Assembly: GCA_050633305.1 (NCBI GenBank)
Contig: JBOEGF010000010.1
Coordinates: 256,001-320,000, forward strand
Origin: Nannocystales bacterium
Lineage (GTDB): Bacteria > Myxococcota_A > Polyangia > Nannocystales > Nannocystaceae
Direction: 5' to 3'
DNA: 64,000 nt
Shown: positions 38,901-47,939 of the stretch, in pieces
How positions within the stretch are numbered: position 1 is the first letter of the stretch
Layout of the letters: every line of letters starts with the position of its first letter
The notes under the pieces: model-generated
The model's input: only the letters and a program-made list of their open reading frames with translations
The model's database searches: none
What the model was told of the DNA's origin: nothing
Made by a program: the position numbers and the translations under genes

Positions 38901-39087
38901 CGTCTTCGGGTGCAACCTCGGGGAGAGAGGAGGCGCGTAGCTCGAACACACGGGCGAGCTCGATCAGCACCAGGCGGCAGCTCGGGCACCCATCGACATG
39001 GGCCTCTGCGACCGCAGCGGCCTCTGCGTCGAGGTTGCCCGTCACGAGATCGACGATCTCGTTCTCTTCCAGGCAGGAGGTGCTCAC
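35941..39087 (-). CDS. Membrane Ser/Thr protein kinase with an N-terminal zf-HC2-like domain and C-terminal TPRs
   Basis: GTG 39087 (inferred); HVDGCPSC; LGAGAMGVV, VALK, HRDFKPANV, DFGLA, GTPAYMSPE; TM; TPR units. Confidence 0.92.
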   Translation of the reverse strand: MSTSCLEENEIVDLVTGNLDAEAAAVAEAHVDGCPSCRLVLIELARVFELRASSLPEVAPEDDSQGITDRGADDGLAELLPAAMARGTSIGRYLVLGTLGAGAMGVVHAAFDPELDRKVALKLLRSRALGEGSSERLVREARATARLAHPNVVVVHDVGLHEGSVFMAMEHVEGGTLGEWLAAKDRSQEEIVAAFHDAGRGLEAAHEAGLVHRDFKPANVLMGRDGRARVTDFGLARQGQTTQDRDALFSTQSGTQTELSDATLTRTGALVGTPAYMSPEQFAGGVADARSDQFSFCVALFEALCGSRPFAGRTVTELAANVNAGRIAERQHLDALPRHLRSALVRGLRADPGERFPTLASLLRAMQPSGWSATRRSTKALFLAGLGIGALGLASAIATSKDDARCTPAAQAIPVAAWNPERADLITVALQAKDTDTSADLVARVRGDLGRFASKWTESRTAACVSSKTAHRNVALQCLDERLVHFEALVDALEESDDNALQYAGEAVGKLGDPVQCNQRDWTRSPPRTPPADQAEPVAAVRRRLARVSADASLGKFETALASVTSLREEAEALGFDPLTAEVLHEVGFLHLRMADYESSLAALEQAFRTAIRCGDTRLMVSTGALALHLLGSSTPNLEQAHLWMEMTHGALEREGLYSRPAASFWNSVGLVERQRGNYDEARKAYKRSYELHQAFEPDGPEALSPLNNLAALEMDVDDYGAAEARSRELFREIERRYGPEHPDYVPTLGTLAAALAAQNKLDEAASSVETALTMGEAWFGRDSPRLDSPRAVLAGILKRKGDLEGSKALYEQLIETWTRTRGPNDPNVSLVHNNLATTLTQMERGEEALAHHIRALEILQVSRDDTHRSVVQGNSAVGTDYMNLGRCDDALRYFEAAAASVDSLAATDVLRSVVNHNRAKYTWVCGGDTKQGQVWVETAVEQAKVSFGKEHAIVGRFALSAAELALDNDDVDAARQHFETKQRLATPKPTDATRARMLYVEARIAQDDGHATQALALLARALPLLPEVTRWIPLRTRILAMQARLTP

Positions 39088-39150
39088 TCGAACCGAGCCT
39101 ACCGTGTGGCGGTGCTTGTTCGGACCGGTAGCCGGTGCGATGCTGTGGTC

Positions 39151-40089
39151 ATGAGCTCGCAGGGACCGGGTTGGTCGCATCTACGGCGCGAGGATTCGTC
39201 CGAGATTCCCCTCAACGCCCCGGAGGCTCCCGCGCCCGCGCAGCCTCCGGTTGAGCACGCTCAGGCACCTGTACAGGCTCCCGTCGCGCAGCCTCCGGTT
39301 GCTCAGGCCCCGCCGCAAACGCCCTTTGCGGCCCCTCCCGTGCACGCGGCAGCCCCTCAGCCGGTTGCCTACGCCCCGCAGGCTCGGCCAGTGCCTCATC
39401 CGGCACAGGCCGGGAATCACGGGGTGTTGCCGGGGGTTGCCTCGCCACCGCCGATGGCTGGCGGGTATCCTCCAGGAGTCGCCATGCAGCAGCAACCCGG
39501 CCACCAAGTCCCTCAGCAGCCCGTCCGCGCTCACGCCCAGCCCCCCGCCGGGTCGAGCGCAAGGCCCGGCGACTCGGAGATCATCTTCGAGGGCGTGGCA
39601 CGCGCGACCTCGGTCTACTCGGGGTACATCAAGTGGTTCGGCGCCTCGGTCGTCGGTGGGGTCGCGGCTTACCTGCTAGGCCTCATCACCTTCTTCTCCA
39701 CCTGGCCGCTGTGGGTCTTGGGCTTTGTCGGAATTCCCGGAATGCTGTGGACCTTCTTCCGCTACCGGACGACCCGCTACAAGATCACCAACCGCCGGCT
39801 CGAGCACGAGCACGGCGTGCTCACCACCACGGTCGACAGCATCGAGCTGTGGCGTGTCCTCGATGTTCGCTACAGCCAGAACATCATCGATCGCATGTTT
39901 GGCAACGCGACGGTCACCTTGATCGGCACCGATCAGACCGACCCGGAGTTCGAGCTCTACGGCTTGCCCAACGCACGCAAGCTGTTCGAAGACCTGCGTG
40001 AGGCTGTGCAGGCCGCCCGTCACACGTCCCGCCCCATGGAAATGGTCGGCGCCGACGGCATGATGGAGAATATGCTCGAGCACCAATAG
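39151..40089 (+). CDS. Bacterial PH (bPH_2-like) domain membrane protein with a Pro/Gln-rich N-terminus
   Basis: Two TM helices then TRYKITNRRL..EHGVL....DSIELWRVLDV...DRMFG. Confidence 0.8.
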   Translation: MSSQGPGWSHLRREDSSEIPLNAPEAPAPAQPPVEHAQAPVQAPVAQPPVAQAPPQTPFAAPPVHAAAPQPVAYAPQARPVPHPAQAGNHGVLPGVASPPPMAGGYPPGVAMQQQPGHQVPQQPVRAHAQPPAGSSARPGDSEIIFEGVARATSVYSGYIKWFGASVVGGVAAYLLGLITFFSTWPLWVLGFVGIPGMLWTFFRYRTTRYKITNRRLEHEHGVLTTTVDSIELWRVLDVRYSQNIIDRMFGNATVTLIGTDQTDPEFELYGLPNARKLFEDLREAVQAARHTSRPMEMVGADGMMENMLEHQ

Positions 40090-40096
40090 CGGGCCT

Positions 40097-40861
40097 GTGA
40101 CGTTCTCGCTGGGGTCCATCGACGACGTCGACGACGTCATCGAGGCGTTGGACACCGTGTTGGCGCTCGGTGTCCGTGGAAGACATCGGTGGGCCATCTT
40201 CGCGGCCATGTACCGCCGTGTGACCATCGCTGTGAAGCACGCGATCGAACGCGGTGAGTTCGACGACGGCCCACGCATGAGTCGGTTTGATGCCGTCTTC
40301 GCGCTGCGATACCTTCGCCCCCTACAAGCATACCTTCGCGGTGCGTCGGTGCCTCGGGCCTGGTCGGTTGCGTTTCGCGCCACCGAAGACCCGAGCCTCA
40401 CCGCGATGCAGTTGCTGCTGCTTGGGGTCAACGCGCACATCAATCTCGACCTTGGGTTCTCGGTGGTCGAGGCCGGCCTCGAACCCGAGCCGTTTCGGAC
40501 GGACTTCGACCGCATCAATGCGATTCTCGCCGGGGAACTCGATGGGGTTCAGGAGGCCCTCGATGCGGTCTCGCCGTGGTTGTCGGGGGTGGACCGAATC
40601 GCGGGGAGGGCAGACGAGCGTCTCGGCGTCTTTGTTGTGGTGCGGGCTCGAGACCAGGCGTGGCGTAGCGCCCGTGCGGCCGACTCGCGCTCGTCGCAGG
40701 AGCGGGCCGTGTACGAGGCCACCGTGGATCGGAACACGGCGGCGCTGGCGGAACGCATCGCGTACCCGCGTTTTCCGCTGTCGCTGCTGGTCCGGTTGAT
40801 CGGCTGGCGCGAGTCGTGGACCGTGCCGCGGATGGTTGAGCTGCTCGGACGACCGCTCTAG
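40097..40861 (+). CDS. DUF5995-like protein
   Basis: FAAMYRRVT, RFDAVFA..Y, LLLGVNAHINLDL, DFDRINAIL. Confidence 0.75.
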   Translation: MTFSLGSIDDVDDVIEALDTVLALGVRGRHRWAIFAAMYRRVTIAVKHAIERGEFDDGPRMSRFDAVFALRYLRPLQAYLRGASVPRAWSVAFRATEDPSLTAMQLLLLGVNAHINLDLGFSVVEAGLEPEPFRTDFDRINAILAGELDGVQEALDAVSPWLSGVDRIAGRADERLGVFVVVRARDQAWRSARAADSRSSQERAVYEATVDRNTAALAERIAYPRFPLSLLVRLIGWRESWTVPRMVELLGRPL

Positions 40862-42357
40862 CCGAACGTCCCGACGAGCCACACGAACGCGAAGTGTTGC
40901 GGGATGTTCCCCGCGAGGCGTACCCCTGCGTCGACAGGAAGAAACAGCGCGTACCCGGGTTGGACCATCAAGTACGGAGCCCACGGCTTCAGGGTGACGA
41001 AGGCGTCGAACTCGTGCCCCAGCCCCCGCCCAGTATTCGCGGGGTCCCACCCTGAGCCGACGAGGCCGCCGCCCGCGTTTGTCCACCGCCCCGTGGGCTC
41101 CTGCAGTTGCAAGTAGTGGTAGGCCAGCACCCCGGTCAGAAGCTTGTCGAACCCCAGCTTGGCGGCCACCTCGAGGTCGCGCATGTTGGACCAGTTCATC
41201 TGGTCGGCGATGCCGTAATGGATGTGGTTGGTCGGGAAGAAATTGTAGAAGTCGTTGCTGTCGGCGTTTGCACAGACGTCCGTGTCGCCTGAGCATCGGT
41301 GGCCGCTGGCCATCGCATAGCCCAGATGGCCCCCCGGCTTCACGCGGTGCTCGCCGTGCATGTATCCCAGACTCGCTGCCCAAGCCCACGCTCGATGGTC
41401 TTGGTCCCGAACCCGGCCCGTCTGTCCGTGTGCCTCGACGTCGTAGGTCAATCCTGCGAAGGGTGTGCCCCAGACCCTCCCACCGAAGTCGACGAGCCGA
41501 CGTTCGAAGCCCACATCTCCATCTCGACCGTCTTCGAACACGGCGAGTGACATTCCCTCGACGTTCACCGCCTCGTGGATGCTCAGGGCGAGTTTGGCTG
41601 CGGCGAGCTGCGCTCCGGACGAACTCTCGGATTGGGGCGGGTCTACGCTGTCGTCCGCCACGGTTCGTCGCGGGGCGAGCAGTGCCACAAACATGTCGAG
41701 CTCGACGATGGACGCCTTGCCGACTGCACGCACCGCGTCGAACGATCTTGCGCCGGGGAGCCATAGCAAGCTGCCGATCATGCGTTGCTTGCCCCACACC
41801 ACCTCCTGACGACCGGCACGGAGATATCCCGACGTCGTCTGGGACTCTGTCTCCCCCCCGATCTCCAAGAAGCCCTGATGAAGGTCGGTGTTGGCTTCGT
41901 TGGAGACCGTGGAGGCTTCGAAACCCCACGTTCGCGCGTCCTGAACTTGCGCGAAGGCTTTGAGCGGGCCCCAACGAGCGCCCAGTTGAACGCGTGCCCG
42001 CTGCAGGACGGTGCCCGTGTCAGGTGCGGAGCCCGCTCCAAAGTCGGGGTTCACCCTTCCTTGGCCTCGCAGAAACACTTGAACACCGGGCGAAAACTCG
42101 GGCTTGGGCTTGGCCGCGGCTTCGGGTTGGGTGTCGGCTGGGGGGCTGTCAGTCGAGGCGAGAGTGGCTGTTGGCTGTTGGAGAGGTGCCGGAGGCTCGG
42201 GAGGTGACGCGGGCGCTTTGTGGACCGGCTGGGGTTGTACGTCGGGAGCGTCGGCCTGTGGCGCCTCCACTGCGCTTGGACCCGTCGCGGGTCGAAGCGA
42301 CGGTTCGACGCTCGGGCCGATGATGAGAAGTGTGAGTGCGGAACTCGCAGCGATCAT
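40858..42357 (-). CDS. Alginate export (AlgE-like) outer-membrane beta-barrel; last gene of the nap operon
   Basis: FAQVQDARTWG, DLHQGFL, LRAGRQEV.WG.QRMIG, RSFDA, FPTNH..YG; ATGA-coupled to the upstream gene. Confidence 0.85.
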   Translation of the reverse strand: MIAASSALTLLIIGPSVEPSLRPATGPSAVEAPQADAPDVQPQPVHKAPASPPEPPAPLQQPTATLASTDSPPADTQPEAAAKPKPEFSPGVQVFLRGQGRVNPDFGAGSAPDTGTVLQRARVQLGARWGPLKAFAQVQDARTWGFEASTVSNEANTDLHQGFLEIGGETESQTTSGYLRAGRQEVVWGKQRMIGSLLWLPGARSFDAVRAVGKASIVELDMFVALLAPRRTVADDSVDPPQSESSSGAQLAAAKLALSIHEAVNVEGMSLAVFEDGRDGDVGFERRLVDFGGRVWGTPFAGLTYDVEAHGQTGRVRDQDHRAWAWAASLGYMHGEHRVKPGGHLGYAMASGHRCSGDTDVCANADSNDFYNFFPTNHIHYGIADQMNWSNMRDLEVAAKLGFDKLLTGVLAYHYLQLQEPTGRWTNAGGGLVGSGWDPANTGRGLGHEFDAFVTLKPWAPYLMVQPGYALFLPVDAGVRLAGNIPQHFAFVWLVGTFG

Positions 42358-42641
42358 GACTGTGGTGCCTGTGGGATCTGGTTTCGGACGAGGCGGGTCG
42401 CTGCGCCACGGGCGACGAGCGTGTCGCACCACCCTTTGCCGTCGTGCCGATAGAGAATCTGGACTCCGCGCACCCGGCCTTCGCGGAGTGCCGTGACCGC
42501 GTCGGCCAACCCGGGACTCTCCGAGGAATAGGAGGTTGCACCGCCCTTGACCCTGACTTCGTCGATTTGGGCACAGTCCGCGAGGTCGTCGACCAGGGCG
42601 CTCAGTTGGGCCTCATCGAGGTCGCCTTCGTACACGTTCAT
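42354..42641 (-). CDS. Small hypothetical protein (95 aa) in the nap operon
   Basis: ATGA overlaps at both ends; protein-like sequence MNVYEGDLDEAQL...GVQILYRHDGKGWCDTL. Confidence 0.7.
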   Translation of the reverse strand: MNVYEGDLDEAQLSALVDDLADCAQIDEVRVKGGATSYSSESPGLADAVTALREGRVRGVQILYRHDGKGWCDTLVARGAATRLVRNQIPQAPQS

Positions 42642-43384
42642 CCGAACCCCGGGTGCTGGTCTTTTTGCGCGGAGGAGCCGTGACACTGACGGCAATGGGT
42701 GCGCGTTGTGTGGGTGGTCCGCAGTGGGTTGGGGCCCGCCTCGCCATGGCAGGCATTGCAGCGCTCACGCATCCATGTGGTGTGCGGGATCATCGGAGGC
42801 GCGCCCGGAGCTGCACGCTCCCCGACGGAGCCCGGCCGACCCTCGAAGAGGTTCTCTCCGAAGTATGCGTCCGCGGCGGCAACATCGACGTTGGTGATGC
42901 CAGAGGACCCTGGGACGTGGCATTGCGTGCACGAAGGGTGCAGGTCGTGGCAGATCGTCGACGCCCGGTCGCCCATCGGAAACGCCATCCCATCGGCGTG
43001 GCATGTCAGGCACGCGGCGGAGCTGCGCTCCGTGATCGCGTGTGGCACCACTGGTGGAGCTCCATCGAACGCACGCCGCTCGGCGCGTTCAAGGAGCCAC
43101 CCCTCGCGTGTCGCCTCGTCCTGGCGGCCTCCGCCAACCGGTAGGTTGGCGAGCGCGCCATCGAATCCCTCGGGTTGCATCCACGGGGTTGCCCCGAGTT
43201 CCCGATAGGTTCGGGCCGGTGGTACCGACGACCCCTGCGAGCCGGCCGATTCCCGGTGCTCATGGTGTGACCGCTCCCCATTCTCCGCGGAGGGCATCAG
43301 GAGGCCGACCAAGGCGGAGCCCGCGACGAGCCCCCCCAGCAGCACGAACACGTTCCGCTGATTGTTGTAGTCGTCCCAGTTCAC
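42638..43384 (-). CDS. napB: NapB-like cytochrome c subunit with four CxxCH motifs
   Basis: N-terminal TM; RAFDGAPPVVPH..CLTCH..CTQCH then RAAPGAPPMIPH..CNACH..CRQCH; immediately follows napA. Confidence 0.8.
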   Translation of the reverse strand: MNWDDYNNQRNVFVLLGGLVAGSALVGLLMPSAENGERSHHEHRESAGSQGSSVPPARTYRELGATPWMQPEGFDGALANLPVGGGRQDEATREGWLLERAERRAFDGAPPVVPHAITERSSAACLTCHADGMAFPMGDRASTICHDLHPSCTQCHVPGSSGITNVDVAAADAYFGENLFEGRPGSVGERAAPGAPPMIPHTTWMRERCNACHGEAGPNPLRTTHTTRTHCRQCHGSSAQKDQHPGFG

Positions 43385-43385
43385 T

Positions 43386-45764
43386 TCACGCCCTCCGAAC
43401 TCGTGCTGCGCACTTCTTGTAGTCGGGCTGCTTGGAGAACGGGTCGTACGCCTGGAGTGTCAGGTTGTTGACCTGCAAACGCTCGTCGAAGAAGGGAATG
43501 AAAATGTTCCCGCGCTGTGGAGCTCCGCGACCGTCGATCCACGCTGTCAGTTCCAACTGGCCCCGACGTGTCTCCACGACGACCTTCTGACCATCCTGCA
43601 CGCCAAGCTCGGCGGCATCTTCGGGGTTCAACTCGACGTACGCTGATGGCATGGCCCGCCTGCAGGGACGCATGCGCATCGTCATCGTGCCGGAGTGCCA
43701 ATGCTCGAGGACTCGCCCGGTACACAGCCACAACGGGTACTCCGCGTCGGGGACCTCCGGTGGCGCGACGTAGGGCCTCAACCACAGCTGCGCCCGGCCA
43801 TCCTTGGTGGTCGAATGATAGAAGTCCACCCCCTTGCCTTCTTCTACGTACGGGTCGTAGCCCTCCGCGAATCGGAAGCGCGTCTCCTTCCAAGACCCGT
43901 CGTCTTGCTGGACCACGGGCCACCGCATGCCTCGTGCCTTGACGTACTCGGAGTAGGGGGCGAGGTCCTTGTGCTTGAGCCGCGAGAACTTGCGGTACTC
44001 CTCGAACAGTTGCTCGTCGACGTTGATGTCGTAGTAGCGGTCGAAGTTCCAGACCTGCACTTCTTTGCCCGCTTCGTCTTCCATGCGGAACAAGAACTTG
44101 CCGTCCCGGTCCTTCATCTCGGGACGCCCGCGGTCATACAGACGGCGTGCGACTGCAATCGTCTGCCAGCAGTCGTCCCGTGCCTCTCCCGGCGGTTGCA
44201 CCATCTTGAACCACTGTTGGGTCCGGCGCTCCGAGTTGCCGACCATGCCGTTCTTCTCCACCCACATCGCCGAGGGCAAGACCAAGTCGGCGATCTCGGT
44301 GGTTGCGGTTGGGTAGACATCCGACACGATGAGAAACGCGTCCTCTCGCTTGCGGGAAGGAGCGACGAGCGCACCTCGGTTGGGCAGAGTCTGCGCCGGG
44401 TTGGTGACCTGCACCCAGATGGTGTGGATGTCTCCGCCCTCCTTCGAAAACGACTCCCACATCGCGACGGTGTGAAGACCGGGCTTGGGGTTCACGCGAC
44501 CCGGTGGGAGATTCCAGATCTTCTCGGTCTGCTCGCGATGCGCGTCGTTCTTGACGACCCGCCCACCGGGAAGCGCGTGGGCCAAGGTGCCGACTTCTCG
44601 GACGGTGCCACAAGCCGAGGGCTGCCCGGTGAGGCTCGTGGGAGCATCCCCAGGTTTCCCGAAATGCCCGCTGAGTAGGTGCACGCCGTGGACCATCGAG
44701 TTGACGGCCGTACCCTGGGTGTGTTGGTTCATTCCCATGCACCACAGGCTCGTGATGCGGAGTTTGGGGTCGCCGAAGAGGTCGGCGAGCATCTCGACCT
44801 GGGCCGCCGGAACTCCGCTGAGCTCCTCCACCCGTTGCGGCGTGTACTCGGCCAGTCCCTCCCGATACTCCTCGAAAGTGATCGGCTTTCCGTGAAGCGA
44901 TGGCGGATCGCTATCCGCCCGGAATGCGCAGTGGTCTTCGACAAACTTGCTGTCGTAGGAACCGCGCTCGAGCAAGAGGTGGGCTATCCCATTTGCGATC
45001 GCCATGTCGCCCTGGGGCTTCATCGCGAGATAGTCGTCGGCGAAATCCGTGCTCCGCGTACGACGGGTTCCGATGTCGATGATTCGGACGTCCTCGCCCT
45101 TTTCTTGGCGCGCGAGAACCCGGGAGAACAAGATGGGATGCATCTCGGCGGGGTTGTTCCCCCAGAGAATCAGGACATCGCAGACATCGAGGTCGTCGTA
45201 GCATCCCGCCGGTTCGTCCACGCCGTAGACCGCGAGAAACCCCGTGACGGCGGAAGCCATGCACAATCGTGCGTTGGGATCGATTTGGTTGTTGGCCAGG
45301 CCTCCTTTGATGAACTTCTGGGCCGCGTACCCCTCGGGAATGGTCCACTGGCCTGAGCCATAGAATCCAAAACCGTCAGGACCCTTCTCGACCCGATCCG
45401 CGATCACGTCGATCGCTTCGTCCCACGAGATCGGCACGAGCTTTCCATTCTTACGAAGCAGCGGTTGGCGCAGTCGGTCGGCTCCGTAGAGCGCCAATCC
45501 CACGTGGTAGCCCTTGACGCACAGCAAGCCCTTGTTCACCTCGGCTTGCTTGTCACCTCGAACCGCAACCACCTCGCCTTCGGCAACGCCGACTTCGACG
45601 TGGCAGCCCGTCCCGCAGAACCGGCACGGAGCCTTGTTCCATTCCAGACCCTCGGGAGGATTGGCGAGCTCCTCGGTCGGCAAGACCGCCAGTGCATCAC
45701 GGCTCGCGCTCGCGGCTGCGGCAACCGCCGCTCCCTTCATGAAGTTGCGTCGTGTTCCCGTCAT
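43386..45764 (-). CDS. napA: Periplasmic nitrate reductase catalytic subunit
   Basis: Tat signal TRRNFMKG; CRFCGTGC [4Fe-4S]; GSGQWT; NARLCMASAV (Mo-Cys); LTGQPSACGTVREVG; TGRVLEHWHSG; DPFSKQPDYKKCA. Confidence 0.95.
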   Translation of the reverse strand: MTGTRRNFMKGAAVAAAASASRDALAVLPTEELANPPEGLEWNKAPCRFCGTGCHVEVGVAEGEVVAVRGDKQAEVNKGLLCVKGYHVGLALYGADRLRQPLLRKNGKLVPISWDEAIDVIADRVEKGPDGFGFYGSGQWTIPEGYAAQKFIKGGLANNQIDPNARLCMASAVTGFLAVYGVDEPAGCYDDLDVCDVLILWGNNPAEMHPILFSRVLARQEKGEDVRIIDIGTRRTRSTDFADDYLAMKPQGDMAIANGIAHLLLERGSYDSKFVEDHCAFRADSDPPSLHGKPITFEEYREGLAEYTPQRVEELSGVPAAQVEMLADLFGDPKLRITSLWCMGMNQHTQGTAVNSMVHGVHLLSGHFGKPGDAPTSLTGQPSACGTVREVGTLAHALPGGRVVKNDAHREQTEKIWNLPPGRVNPKPGLHTVAMWESFSKEGGDIHTIWVQVTNPAQTLPNRGALVAPSRKREDAFLIVSDVYPTATTEIADLVLPSAMWVEKNGMVGNSERRTQQWFKMVQPPGEARDDCWQTIAVARRLYDRGRPEMKDRDGKFLFRMEDEAGKEVQVWNFDRYYDINVDEQLFEEYRKFSRLKHKDLAPYSEYVKARGMRWPVVQQDDGSWKETRFRFAEGYDPYVEEGKGVDFYHSTTKDGRAQLWLRPYVAPPEVPDAEYPLWLCTGRVLEHWHSGTMTMRMRPCRRAMPSAYVELNPEDAAELGVQDGQKVVVETRRGQLELTAWIDGRGAPQRGNIFIPFFDERLQVNNLTLQAYDPFSKQPDYKKCAARVRRA

Positions 45765-47041
45765 GGCGTGGTCGTTTCTGCCGAGGTGTCGTTGTCCTCG
45801 GGTGCGGTGTTGGAAGTCGAGCTGAGTTGCTCAGCGCCGCTGTACACAGCGACCGAGAGCTTCGCGCCTATCGTGTAGATCATCAGCCCCAGGGCCCAGA
45901 TCCCGACCGAGACCTTCCACTCCACCAGGTTGGGCACGTACTCCACGATTTCGTGCAGGGTGCTCGGGACGAAGCCGGGGACGATGAGGCCCATGCCTTT
46001 CTCGATCCAGATCCCCGCCAGTGCGAAGGCGCAGCCCACGTTGACGCGGAACCTGTTCCGGCGAACGCTCGAGAAGACGAAGATGATGGCTGACGTGACG
46101 TTCAGCGCGATCGAGGACCAGATCCACGGGACTAGCGCGTCATGCCCATCGAGCCCCCGATAGAGGTAGATAGCGCCCGCCGCGTGTGCACCTCCGGTGT
46201 AGAAGAGCGTGAACACTTCGGACAGCATCAAGAATAGGTTGACGATCGCCGTCACCCGCATGATCGCGAGCAACGTGCGAAGTGGCCCGTCTCCCATGTC
46301 GAAGGAGGTCACCCGGCGCACGATCTGCAACGCGACGAGGATGAACGCGGGCCCGGTTACGAACGCAGAGGCGATGAAGCGCGGCGCCAGGATCGCTGTG
46401 TTCCAGAACGGCCGACCGCCGAGTCCCGAGTACAGGAATGCCGTGACGGTGTGGATGGAGACCGCCCAGACGATCGACATCAACACGACCGGAACGTAGA
46501 ACCTCGCGGTTGGCCGCACGCCGATGAAGCGCGTATAGAGGAGGTACCCGGCGATGTGCAGGTTGAACAGCAGATAGCCGGACAACACGATCACATCCCA
46601 GGTGAGCATCGACATCGGCCAGTTGAAGCGGCCGATGCCCGGGATGATGTGCCAGAAGCGGTCGGGGCGACCAATGTCGACGGCCACGAACCCCAGCGCC
46701 ACCACGATCGCTGCGATCGCGAGGAACTCCCCTGCGAGCACCACTTTGTGCATCTCGTGGTCTTTGTAGAGGTAGGCGGGGATGACCATCATGACCCCGC
46801 CCGCCGCAAGGCCGACGAAGTACGTCAGGTTGGCGATGTAGATGCCCCACGAGACGTGGTCGGACATCGCGGTCACGCCCATGCCCTCCGCAGTCTGCCG
46901 GCTGAACGCGTCCAGGCCGACGAGCATGACGAGGAACAACCCCCCCATCCACGCGTAGTAGTAGCCATTCCCCTCGAGCGAGGAGAGGAGGCACCGCAGC
47001 AGGAAGCGCGGGTAGCTTTGGCTGTGGAGGGGTTTACTCAT
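45761..47041 (-). CDS. nrfD: NrfD/PsrC/DsrP-family integral membrane quinol-interacting subunit
   Basis: WGIYIANLTYFVGLAAG, DIGRPDRF, SMLTWD, SIHTVTAFL, APRFIASAF; about 10 TM helices. Confidence 0.9.
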   Translation of the reverse strand: MSKPLHSQSYPRFLLRCLLSSLEGNGYYYAWMGGLFLVMLVGLDAFSRQTAEGMGVTAMSDHVSWGIYIANLTYFVGLAAGGVMMVIPAYLYKDHEMHKVVLAGEFLAIAAIVVALGFVAVDIGRPDRFWHIIPGIGRFNWPMSMLTWDVIVLSGYLLFNLHIAGYLLYTRFIGVRPTARFYVPVVLMSIVWAVSIHTVTAFLYSGLGGRPFWNTAILAPRFIASAFVTGPAFILVALQIVRRVTSFDMGDGPLRTLLAIMRVTAIVNLFLMLSEVFTLFYTGGAHAAGAIYLYRGLDGHDALVPWIWSSIALNVTSAIIFVFSSVRRNRFRVNVGCAFALAGIWIEKGMGLIVPGFVPSTLHEIVEYVPNLVEWKVSVGIWALGLMIYTIGAKLSVAVYSGAEQLSSTSNTAPEDNDTSAETTTP

Positions 47042-47939
47042 CGAAAAAGTAGAAGAACCGAGGTTTTGTTCCGAGTTCCTCTTTGAGGACGAAGACCCGC
47101 TTGTTCTCCAAGATCCAACGGATTTCTGACTCGGGGTCGAGCACGTTTCCGAACACTCGGGAACCGGTTGGGCACGCTTCGAGGCATGCAGGCAGTCGAC
47201 CTTCACGAGTTCGGTGCAGGCAGAACGTGCACTTCTCGATCACACCCTGAGGTCGGATGCGGTTGGAGAGGTACGCCTGATCGGGGTTGATCTCTTCTGC
47301 AGGGATCTCGGGCTTGTGCCAGTTGAACCGGCGGGCGTGGTAGGGGCACGCCGCCTCGCAGTAGCGGCATCCGATGCACCAGTCGTAGTCGACGACGACG
47401 ATGCCGTCGGACTCCTGCCAGGTGGCCTCGACCGGGCAGACCTTCACGCACGGGGCGTTCTCGCACTGCTGGCACTGCACCGGCATGTAGAACTTGTCTT
47501 TTGCTGGAACCGGGTGGTTGTAGCCCGCGTTGCCGTGCTCGAAGTCCATGCTGCCCTTCTCCATCTCGAACACACGGATGTAGGACTGGTGTGAGGCGCG
47601 GTCGTGGTTGTTCTCCAGGTGGCACGCCTCTGCACACTTCCGGCATCCGTTGCAGATGCTCAGGTTGAGGGCGTACCCGAAGACGACGCCAGGTATCGGG
47701 CGAACATCCTTGATCTCGACGTCGGCGCCGTACTCCGCTTTGCATGCTGCTTCGTGCCGAGCCAGGACCTCCGCCAGGTCATCCGGACCGAGTTCTCGGT
47801 AGTGGTCCTGAAGGAAACCGTCGAGATCGAGCCCCTCTCCCCACTGAGCAAGCGGAGCGACGGCCTTGAGGAACCCTGCGCCCCCGAGCGTCGCGCCAAG
47901 GACTTTTAGGTGCGTGCGCCTCGTTGTCTTTGTTTTCAC
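47034..47939 (-). CDS. Tat-exported 4Fe-4S dicluster protein (NrfC/DsrO-like)
   Basis: TRRTHLK Tat signal; CNGCRKCAEAC, CQQCENAPCVKVCP, CIGCRYCEAACP, KCTFC..PACLEACP. Confidence 0.92.
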   Translation of the reverse strand: MKTKTTRRTHLKVLGATLGGAGFLKAVAPLAQWGEGLDLDGFLQDHYRELGPDDLAEVLARHEAACKAEYGADVEIKDVRPIPGVVFGYALNLSICNGCRKCAEACHLENNHDRASHQSYIRVFEMEKGSMDFEHGNAGYNHPVPAKDKFYMPVQCQQCENAPCVKVCPVEATWQESDGIVVVDYDWCIGCRYCEAACPYHARRFNWHKPEIPAEEINPDQAYLSNRIRPQGVIEKCTFCLHRTREGRLPACLEACPTGSRVFGNVLDPESEIRWILENKRVFVLKEELGTKPRFFYFFDE

